A stretch of 64,000 nucleotides of DNA, taken from positions 3,192 through 67,191 of the forward strand of contig CAYHDB010000002.1 in the NCBI GenBank assembly GCA_964355335.1, written 5' to 3'. Each line of letters begins with the position of its first letter. The stretch's first letter is position 1. Below the pieces are notes generated by a model. The model did not search any database. It had not been told where the DNA came from and saw only the letters and a list, made by a program, of their open reading frames with translations. This document shows, piece by piece, positions 56,800-64,000 of the stretch. The translations under genes and the position numbers were made by a program. Source of the stretch: an uncultured Candidatus Saccharibacteria bacterium. GTDB lineage: Bacteria > Patescibacteriota > Minisyncoccia > Phycocordibacterales > SIBU01.

Positions 56800-56958
56800 G
56801 TTTGGGAAGTAATTTGGATGCAGTTCGAGGCGCGAGTGAGGCCGTCTACAGGCGCCTATCACTAGTCGATAGGCCTTGCGACCAAGCTGTAGTATGAGCT
56901 ACTGCGCGGGAGCAAACGAGTGAAGCAACGAAGAAATGTGCCAAATTACAAACCAAAC
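56800..56958. repeat. 'CAGTTCGAGGCGCGA' palindromic element (copy 3)
   Basis: Terminal IR GTAATTTGG/CCAAATTAC; core shared with 43575-43703 and 44811-44920. Confidence 0.8.
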
Positions 56959-57230
56959 TATCGAACTGCATCCTTGAGAGCCTTTGCTGCGCGGAACTTT
57001 GGCACTTTCATGGCAGGGACCTGAAGAGTCTCACCTGTGCGTGGGTTGCGAGCTTGTCTGGCGGCGCGAGCCTTGACCGAGAAGATTCCTAGTCCCGCAA
57101 TAGATACTTCGCCACCTGCTTTTAGTGTATTGACGATAGAATCAACAACCTTGTCTACTGCCTGTTCGGCTTGGACCTTAGTTCCTCCCAAAACGACTTG
57201 CACAGCTTCTGCAATTCCTTGTTTATTCAT
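56958..57230 (-). CDS. hup: DNA-binding protein HU
   Basis: MNKQ...GLGIF...RAARQARNPRTGE...PKFRA.K.LK. Confidence 0.96.
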   Translation of the reverse strand: MNKQGIAEAVQVVLGGTKVQAEQAVDKVVDSIVNTLKAGGEVSIAGLGIFSVKARAARQARNPRTGETLQVPAMKVPKFRAAKALKDAVR

Positions 57231-57438
57231 AAAATATAAATTAAGAATCGGTACGAATATACAAATGGATACCGTACGGATTGATTATGATAAAAATTAA
57301 TTATTTCGACCAAATAAAATTAATAACAACTTACAAACTGACTATAACCATTATATAATAAGCCGTTTTTTCCGCAACACGAGGTTTTTCACGATTTCTT
57401 TAGAATATTTTATAATGGTTTTGTCAAAAATCTATAAA

Positions 57439-57473
57439 ACCAACCCCGTTTCGCGAAGCGAAACGGGGTTGGT
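57439..57473. terminator. Terminator hairpin after rny
   Basis: ACCAACCCCGTTTCGC-GAA-GCGAAACGGGGTTGGT. Confidence 0.65.
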
Positions 57474-57521
57474 AGATTTTGTTTTTATTCTTGAATCGTA
57501 ATTCCTGATTCTTAATTCTTC

Positions 57522-59051
57522 CTAACGGGCGTATTCGATAGTTCGCAATTCGCGAATGACTGTCACCTTGATTTCTCCAGGGTATTTCAATTCTTTTTCC
57601 ACTCTTTGAGCTATCTCTTGAGCCATTTTCTTGGCATCAAGGTCGGAGATTTCTGTCGGTGTGACAAATACTCGGATTTCACGGCCTGCCTGTAGGGCGT
57701 AGGACTTTTCGACTCCTGGGAATGACTTTGCTATCGCTTCCAGATCACCAAGTCGCTTGAGGTAGTTTTCTACACTGTCGCGTCTCGCTCCAGGGCGGCT
57801 TCCTGAGATGGCATCTGCCGTCTGGACGATGATTGATTCTACGGTTTCATATGGATACTCACCATGATGAGCCTGCATCGCCTTGATGATTGCCTCATCA
57901 GCACCGAATTTTTGCAATATACGTCGTCCGATTTCTACGTGCGTACCTTGGACCTCATGGTCGACAGCCTTTCCGATGTCATGAAGTAGGGCACCGGCTT
58001 TGGTAATTGCAACGTTGGCCTTGAGTTCCTCCGCAATCATTCCTGCGATATGTGTCATCTCTATTGAGTGCTGAAGAACATTTTGGCCGTAGCTTGTGCG
58101 GAAATGAAGTCGTCCAAGGATAGCTATAATTCTCGGGTCGAGGTTCATCACACCGGTTTCATAGGCGGCTTGCTGACCCTTCTCTTTGATTATCTTGTTG
58201 ATATCCTCCTGAGCCTTTTCAACCATTTGTTCAATTTTCGCTGGTTGAATTCTGCCGTCGAGAATAAGATTTTCAAGAGCTACACGTGCAACTTGTCTTC
58301 GTACCGGGTCAAATGAGGATATTGTGATGGCTCCAGGAGTATCATCAACAATAACTTCAACTCCGGTAGCACGCTCAAACGCCTTGATATTACGGCCTTC
58401 CTTGCCGATAATCTTACCTTTTATCTCGTCGTTTGGAATAACCACACTTGTTGTGAGGACATCTGCGGAAACAGAGTTACCCAATCGCTGGATTGAAGCG
58501 GCAAGAATACCCTGAGCTTTCCTCTCTAGCTGCTCCTCGCCGAAGTTTTCCAGCTTCTGCATTCTGACGAGCAAATCTTCCTCGTATCTTTTCTCTACAG
58601 ACTTCAAAAGCTCGCTTTTAGCTTCGGCTTCCGTAAGACGAGCAAGTTTTTCAAGCTCGGCTTGTTTGCCGGCTTCCAGTGCATCTACCTTCTCCTTCAC
58701 TTTTCTGACCTCCGCAATTTTCGCCTTGATATTCTCGACTTCCTTGTCGATATCATGTTGACGCGCATCAAGAGTGTCTTCCTTTTTGATGACACGCTCC
58801 TCGGCTTTCTTGATTTTCTCTTCTTTTTCCTTCATTTCCGATCGAGCCGCTGTGATGGCATCAATCGCTTTTACTTGTGCTTCCTCGGTTATTTTTTTCC
58901 CTTCTTCTTTTGCCTTGAGCATCATCTCTTTGATCTCGAGCTCCATGGAGCCTTTCTTGCCCAATGAAATGATCAGTCGGAGATAATAGCCGACAGCAAT
59001 TCCCAAGACGCCTGCGACGCTTGCAAGAAGAGCGACTATTTTTAATGACAT
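57522..59051 (-). CDS. rny: Ribonuclease Y
   Basis: TM helix, coiled coil, KH motif KGKIIGKEGRNI, RTSYGQN, HDIGK, SRPGARR. Confidence 0.97.
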   Translation of the reverse strand: MSLKIVALLASVAGVLGIAVGYYLRLIISLGKKGSMELEIKEMMLKAKEEGKKITEEAQVKAIDAITAARSEMKEKEEKIKKAEERVIKKEDTLDARQHDIDKEVENIKAKIAEVRKVKEKVDALEAGKQAELEKLARLTEAEAKSELLKSVEKRYEEDLLVRMQKLENFGEEQLERKAQGILAASIQRLGNSVSADVLTTSVVIPNDEIKGKIIGKEGRNIKAFERATGVEVIVDDTPGAITISSFDPVRRQVARVALENLILDGRIQPAKIEQMVEKAQEDINKIIKEKGQQAAYETGVMNLDPRIIAILGRLHFRTSYGQNVLQHSIEMTHIAGMIAEELKANVAITKAGALLHDIGKAVDHEVQGTHVEIGRRILQKFGADEAIIKAMQAHHGEYPYETVESIIVQTADAISGSRPGARRDSVENYLKRLGDLEAIAKSFPGVEKSYALQAGREIRVFVTPTEISDLDAKKMAQEIAQRVEKELKYPGEIKVTVIRELRTIEYAR

Positions 59052-59243
59052 GTTCTGGAAGACCCTGTCTTAGGCTTTTATCTTGTGAGGACTAACGATT
59101 TCTAGTTTTTGTCGCTGAATAATAAGAAGTTCATTTAGAATTTCTAGAAAGACAATACTCGCTGTAAAAGTGAAAAACAGAATCATAATTAACTATTGTT
59201 AATAAATGCATATTATAAGAAAGTGGGCTTTTTGTAAAGCCTT

Positions 59244-59378
59244 ATACGAAAATACGAAAGGGGAGAATATACGAACAAATACGAAAACAGCCCATGGCCG
59301 GAACGGCCACGGGCTGTAGGACCGCAAGGTCCCATTTTCGTAAACTTTCGTATATCTTCTCGATTCGTATTTTCGTAT
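59244..59378. repeat. TACGAA inverted-array repeat
   Basis: 4x TACGAA followed by 4x TTCGTA, ending at the clpP stop. Confidence 0.85.
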
Positions 59379-59950
59379 TATTTCAGTATTTCGTCTATCA
59401 CCCCGTATTTCTTGGCTTCTTCGGCATCCATATAGAAGTCTCTTTCTACGTCTTTTTCTATCTGAGAGAGGGGTTTTCCCGTGTTTTTGGCCAACATTTT
59501 GTTCAGGTTCTCTCTTGTTTTAAGGATTTGCTTGGCGGTAATGGCGATATCCGAGGCTTGACCCTCTACACCTCCAAGGGGTTGATGAATCATCACTTCG
59601 GCATTTGGAAGAGCGTAACGCTTGCCTTTTTTGCCTGAAGACAAGACGATGGCACCCCCAGACGCGGCGATGCCGATACAGACGGTCGAAACGTCGTTCT
59701 TGATGTGGTTCATGGTGTCGACAATGGCGAGTGTGGCTGTGACCGAGCCCCCGGGGGAGTTTACATAAAGCGAAATATCTTTTTTCGGGTCTTCGGATTG
59801 CAGAAATAGAAGTTGAGCTATGACAATGTTCGCGACATGGTCGTCGATGGCTCCGCCAAGAAAAATAATATTTTCACGGAGTAAACGCGAGTAAATATCA
59901 TAGGCACGCTCGCCAAACTGGGATTTTTCTATGACGGTTGGAATTAACAT
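59378..59950 (-). CDS. clpP: ATP-dependent Clp protease proteolytic subunit
   Basis: [39 protein letters not shown]. Confidence 0.97.
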   Translation of the reverse strand: MLIPTVIEKSQFGERAYDIYSRLLRENIIFLGGAIDDHVANIVIAQLLFLQSEDPKKDISLYVNSPGGSVTATLAIVDTMNHIKNDVSTVCIGIAASGGAIVLSSGKKGKRYALPNAEVMIHQPLGGVEGQASDIAITAKQILKTRENLNKMLAKNTGKPLSQIEKDVERDFYMDAEEAKKYGVIDEILK

Positions 59951-60183
59951 ATGTAATACGAATTACGAATAGGTACGAATATACGAATAATACGGAGAGT
60001 ATAACAAGAGTAGATAGACTTGACAAGTCTAGGTTTTACTGTAATGTATTTTCATCGCCATTGTCTAAAGCTTGGCGGGTCGTTAGTAGGTTCTTCTCGA
60101 ACCTACCTCGTGATGCTTCCGAACTTTATCGGTTGTGACGGGCCAATATCTGGTAGCGGGAAATCTTCTGAAAGGAGATAAAA

Positions 60184-60609
60184 ATGAGAAATGAGTACAT
60201 TACAAACTTTGTGGAACAAATGGTCGGTCAAGGACTGATGAAGGGGATTTCTGCCCAAGCATACACCTTTCAATCGGCATGGGACCTGCGTAAACTTCTG
60301 GAGCCTGTCATCAGACCAAAACTGGAGCCAATGACTGCCGAAACTCTTGGCAGGATTATTGAGTACAGTGATGTTGTTCACCGGCAGAGTAGGTGGGAAG
60401 CGTATGGACTCATTGGCAAGGAGCATTTGATCAACAGAGAAAACCTTACCGCTCAAACGGAAGTGGGGGTTTACGCCACATACGGTGGCAAGCAACTTCT
60501 TGTGCATCTTGCCATGTTGACTGTTCTCGCGGTGGTGTTTGATGTCATTAACCAAAGAGACTATCAAGAAATTCAGGGGTTTGATAGGGAGGATCCGGCT
60601 TTTTGGTAA
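60184..60609 (+). CDS. Hypothetical protein
   Basis: 141 aa; AAGGAG RBS; upstream TTGACA promoter-like sequence; downstream terminator. Confidence 0.6.
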   Translation: MRNEYITNFVEQMVGQGLMKGISAQAYTFQSAWDLRKLLEPVIRPKLEPMTAETLGRIIEYSDVVHRQSRWEAYGLIGKEHLINRENLTAQTEVGVYATYGGKQLLVHLAMLTVLAVVFDVINQRDYQEIQGFDREDPAFW

Positions 60610-60721
60610 TTTACTTTGTCACAGCCCGTCACTTCGGTGTCGGGCTTTTCTTTTTGTGGTTTTCCACTACAATTGATAAATCATTCTTACCTCTCCTCCT
60701 TTCGAAGGAGGAGAAAGAGAG

Positions 60722-61105
60722 GTGGTAACTGTGTTTGTAAACAATATCCAAAAGCAGAAGCTCAAGCGAAAACTTTTGCGGAACAACGCGACACCACAGG
60801 AAGTCGTATTGTGGTCGCGACTGCGCGACAGTCAGCTAGGGTTTAAGTTCAGGAGACAAGCTAGTATCGGTAATTTCATTGCGGATTTTTATTGTCCGAC
60901 AAGGAAGCTTGTTGTGGAGGTTGATGGTTCACAACACATAGATAGTGAATCGGATAAAGAACGAACAAAATTTCTAAATACGGCGGGTGTATACGTTTTA
61001 CGATTTTGGAATAATGAGGTTGATGGGAATTTGGATGGAGTGATTACGAAAATTATTACCACCCTCAATCCCTCCTTTGAAAGGAGGGAAGGGGAAAAGA
61101 CATGA
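60722..61105 (+). CDS. DUF559 endonuclease domain protein (2)
   Basis: LRNNATPQEVVLWSRLR...KFRRQ.SIGNFIADFYC...EVDGSQH...LRFWN. Confidence 0.92.
   Translation: MVTVFVNNIQKQKLKRKLLRNNATPQEVVLWSRLRDSQLGFKFRRQASIGNFIADFYCPTRKLVVEVDGSQHIDSESDKERTKFLNTAGVYVLRFWNNEVDGNLDGVITKIITTLNPSFERREGEKT
61058..61100. repeat. 43-bp repeat, direct copy at 62312-62354
   Basis: ACCACCCTCAATCCCTCCTT(T/C)GAAAGGAGGGAAGGGGAAAAGA, 1 mismatch. Confidence 0.85.
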
Positions 61106-61797
61106 GACTGCATAACTTCTTCATAGAACAGAAAATCGGGGACCAAAGTCACATCGAGGTAGCTGATTCTGATTTGGTGCATCAGTGGCGACACGTGTTT
61201 CGACTCAATACCGGGTCCATCGTCGTCTTGCTGGATAATTCCGGTTTTGAATATACGGCACAATTTACGACACTTAATTATCTTAAAGCTGAGCTTGTAA
61301 TTTTGGAAAAGAGAAAAAATAAGTTTGTTCCCAAAAAAGAAATTTTCCTTTTTCAGGCGCTCATTAAGACTGACAAGTTCGAATGGATATTGGAGAAGGG
61401 GACTGAACTTGGCGTTTCGCATTTTCGGCCCGTCATTACTCATCGTACTGTGGCGAAGAAGCTCAATCTCGTTCGTGCTAGAAAAATCGTGAAGGAGTCT
61501 GCGGAGCAGTCAGGTAGGGGAATAATGCCATCACTATATGAGCCGATGAAGCTCGATGAACTTCTCTCCACGTACGATTTTCCCTACATCGCATTTGACC
61601 CGTCCGGAAAACCCTGGACACACAAAGACTTTGAAACGACAGAAGCGTTAGGCATTCTTATCGGTCCCGAAGGTGGTTGGAGTGAACAAGAACTTGCTCT
61701 CATTAAAGAAAAAAATATTCCAATCGTGTCCCTTGGTACTCAAATACTTCGCGCCGAAACCGCCGCGATTGCCGTCTCGTCCCTCCTTCTTTTGTAG
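61102..61797 (+). CDS. rsmE: 16S rRNA m3U1498 methyltransferase
   Basis: HQWRHVFRL, EKGTELGV, ESAEQSGR, IGPEGG, LGTQILRAETA. Confidence 0.95.
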   Translation: MRLHNFFIEQKIGDQSHIEVADSDLVHQWRHVFRLNTGSIVVLLDNSGFEYTAQFTTLNYLKAELVILEKRKNKFVPKKEIFLFQALIKTDKFEWILEKGTELGVSHFRPVITHRTVAKKLNLVRARKIVKESAEQSGRGIMPSLYEPMKLDELLSTYDFPYIAFDPSGKPWTHKDFETTEALGILIGPEGGWSEQELALIKEKNIPIVSLGTQILRAETAAIAVSSLLLL

Positions 61798-61913
61798 AGC
61801 CTGTCTGGTGGATGTATTTAACTTGAACCGCTACTCTTTACCCAAGTAAAGAGTAGCGGTTTAGTGAATGTAAAAAAACCGACAGGAAGTTGCCGGTCGG
61901 TTCGAAGGGTGAT

Positions 61914-62201
61914 TCAGTCGCCTAGCAAAGCTTTGCCGGCGGGGGTCCAAGGGTCAACGTGACCCACTCCATAAACATGGACCATCCTGGAAGCGCTTTC
62001 GTGGTGCCGCTGAAACACGTCCATCATGGCCTTCACGTCCCCGCCGAAAGCATCTGCGCAAGGTGGGCACATTACTCCTGCCTGGATGAAGGGGTGACCG
62101 CAGGTTTTGCATGATCTCTTGCGCGCGGATAGGTCCAGCTTCTTATCGCCGAAGGGGCCGTTGATATAAAGAGCGTAATGTCTGACAGGTTCATCTGGCA
62201 T
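61914..62201 (-). CDS. Small hypothetical protein with two CxxC motifs
   Basis: CKTCG...CPPC. Confidence 0.5.
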   Translation of the reverse strand: MPDEPVRHYALYINGPFGDKKLDLSARKRSCKTCGHPFIQAGVMCPPCADAFGGDVKAMMDVFQRHHESASRMVHVYGVGHVDPWTPAGKALLGD

Positions 62202-62354
62202 AATTTTTCTCCAGTTATAGGTTTGTTGTCTGCGACTGATATTATCTTTTTTAATTCAAAAAAGCCACTAAGTTTTAGTGGCTTTTAATGATGAAGGTTG
62301 AAAAGATTTTAACCACCCTCAATCCCTCCTTCGAAAGGAGGGAAGGGGAAAAGA

Positions 62355-63383
62355 TTATTTTTGAGATTCCAGAAAGTCGAATACTTTTTCGTTGGTCATC
62401 ATCATTGCGACATAGGCGCGAGTACGAGCTGGGTCTGCTTCCTTGTAGTGTTCGAGCATGTGTTTCACTTCTTCTTCAATCGCCTCGGCGCTGGCGGAAA
62501 TTTTTTCTTGTTTTGCTATGGCGTTCCACACCAGCTGTAGTTTCCCTCGTTTCTCCGCGTCCGGTCTCCACTCCTTGCGCATATCTTCTTCCGTCTTTTT
62601 TATGTGTTTCAGATAGTCTTCGATTTTCATTCCCATTCTTGCGATGTCGTCATTGAAACGTGCGAACATCTTTGCCATTTCACTTTCAATTAAAGCCTTC
62701 GGCACAACGGTATCTGTTTTCTTTAGAATTGCTTCGGCAAGTGTCAGTCTTTTTTTATCTTTGGCTTTTTGTTCTTTTTCTTGGGTAAGATTTTCTTTTA
62801 CTTTATTTTTGAAATCAGTGACATCTTTGAAGTCACCAAGCTTTTTTACAAATGTGTCATCGAGTGTTGGCAATTCTTTCACTTCACCTCCTTTCTCCGC
62901 GCTTTGAGCAAAACCTTTTCTAACATTTTCTATGAAGTCAGCAACTTCTTTTTCTGAGACGACTACCTCCTCGGGTTTTTTTGAGTTTTCCGATATAGCG
63001 ATTTTTTTGTAGTCAGGAAGTTTCACTTCAGGCAGTACACTCACAGTGATAGTAAAAGTCAGAGGGTTTCCCGGAGCGAGCTTGGTGATTGTGACGTGAG
63101 GGTCTCCGACAAATGAAACTTTTTTCTCTTTGATAATTTCCGGTAGGATTTCCTCAACGGCTTCATAGCCCGCTTCCTCTAGGATCGCAAGCTCTCCGAC
63201 TTTTTGGATTAGAATATTTTCCGGTACATGGCCAGGTCTAAAGCCCGGAATGTTCGCATGTTCGGACATTTCCTTTATGGCTTTTGACCTATGTTTTGCA
63301 AGTGTTTCATAGGAAATCTCCGCCTCGATTTGAAGCTCGGACTCCGGTAAATTTTTCTCTCCCAATAGTGTGTATGGTTTCAT
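62355..63383 (-). CDS. tig: Trigger factor (short CPR form, FKBP domain apparently absent)
   Basis: IPGFRPGHVP ribosome-binding motif; 342 aa; near clpP. Confidence 0.92.
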   Translation of the reverse strand: MKPYTLLGEKNLPESELQIEAEISYETLAKHRSKAIKEMSEHANIPGFRPGHVPENILIQKVGELAILEEAGYEAVEEILPEIIKEKKVSFVGDPHVTITKLAPGNPLTFTITVSVLPEVKLPDYKKIAISENSKKPEEVVVSEKEVADFIENVRKGFAQSAEKGGEVKELPTLDDTFVKKLGDFKDVTDFKNKVKENLTQEKEQKAKDKKRLTLAEAILKKTDTVVPKALIESEMAKMFARFNDDIARMGMKIEDYLKHIKKTEEDMRKEWRPDAEKRGKLQLVWNAIAKQEKISASAEAIEEEVKHMLEHYKEADPARTRAYVAMMMTNEKVFDFLESQK

Positions 63384-63561
63384 AATGAATACAAATTACG
63401 AATCTGTACGAATATACGAATAAAAATAAAGAATTCGATTTTGGCAGTTTATCTGACTGTCGATAGTTTCGCAAGTTTTTTAAAAGTCGCCTCATCGGCG
63501 ACTTGCCGACGAGGCAAGAAAAAAGTTACCCGTGACAGGTAACTTTGTAAAATCGACAGAG

Positions 63562-64000
63562 CTATTTTTTGAAGGCAACAGTGACGCCGTCACCGACAGG
63601 AAGAATCATTGCGTCAACGCGAGAGTCTTCGGCGACAGTTCGGTTGAACCGATCCATCGCTTTGTCATCCTCGCGGTGCGGGTGGATGATCCGACCTTCG
63701 CGGAGAGTGTCATCGGCGACGATGATGCCACCATGACGAATTTTCGGCACCACGAGTTCCCAGTATGTCGGGTAGCTTTCCTTGTCGGCATCGATGAAGG
63801 CTAGATCGAAGCCTCCATCAAGGTGGTCGAGAATTTTCTTCGCATCACCTTCGATGGAAATAATATTCGCCAGCACTCCCGCTTGGGTCCACGCCGTCAT
63901 CGCCATTTCTTTTTGCTCGACGTCGATGGTAGTGATGGTGCCATCAATCGGTATTTCTTCCGCCATAGCGAGAGCGCTCGCACCTGTGAAGGTGCCGAGC
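63562..64000 (-). CDS. SAM-dependent O-methyltransferase (CCoAOMT-like), 5' truncated by window edge
   Basis: GTFTG upstream in frame, FDLAFIDADKESY, GGIIVADD, LPVGDG. Confidence 0.85.
   Translation of the reverse strand, partial: LGTFTGASALAMAEEIPIDGTITTIDVEQKEMAMTAWTQAGVLANIISIEGDAKKILDHLDGGFDLAFIDADKESYPTYWELVVPKIRHGGIIVADDTLREGRIIHPHREDDKAMDRFNRTVAEDSRVDAMILPVGDGVTVAFKK

Noticed and set aside
62288-62656. 122-aa + strand ORF sharing a peptide with the DUF559 C-terminus
   Set aside because: Antisense to tig; the similarity comes from the 43-bp repeat
673-63421. CRISPR array interpretation of the TACGAA repeats
   Set aside because: Units are 6-9 bp, inverted and dispersed, with no constant repeat-spacer period and no cas genes
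1-64000. Alternative genetic code (UGA=Gly, as in Gracilibacteria/SR1)
   Set aside because: Core genes are full length under the standard code and several end at TGA

Overview
Origin-of-replication region of a Patescibacteria (CPR) genome, most likely Parcubacteria. The assignment is inferred from gene content: a CPR-type VirB4/PrgI cluster, multiple TrmB paralogues, tRNAs without encoded CCA, and leaderless-looking promoters. The core order is dnaN-oriC-dnaA-rpmH-rnpA-yidC-jag. Next comes an ~18 kb T4SS-like envelope cluster, then housekeeping genes (rsmA, pcrA, comM, pnp, rpsO, xer, xth, CCA enzyme, HU, rny, clpP, rsmE, tig), four tRNAs, and accessory patches built around four TrmB-family regulators. 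The unusual signal is mostly non-coding. (1) A modular structured element with compensatory base changes follows three tRNAs and carries antisense and sense copies of each host tRNA's own 3' end. (2) Several families of dispersed palindromic repeats occur; two flank a candidate cognate nuclease (TACGAA arrays with a GxxExxY gene; CCTCCTTT/AAAGGAGG hairpins with DUF559 genes), and several sit in-frame inside protein genes. (3) A 31-nt pseudoknot-like leader precedes three unrelated orphan genes transcribed divergently from TrmB regulators that have palindromic operators. Functional calls rest on recognising motifs by eye; no searches were run.
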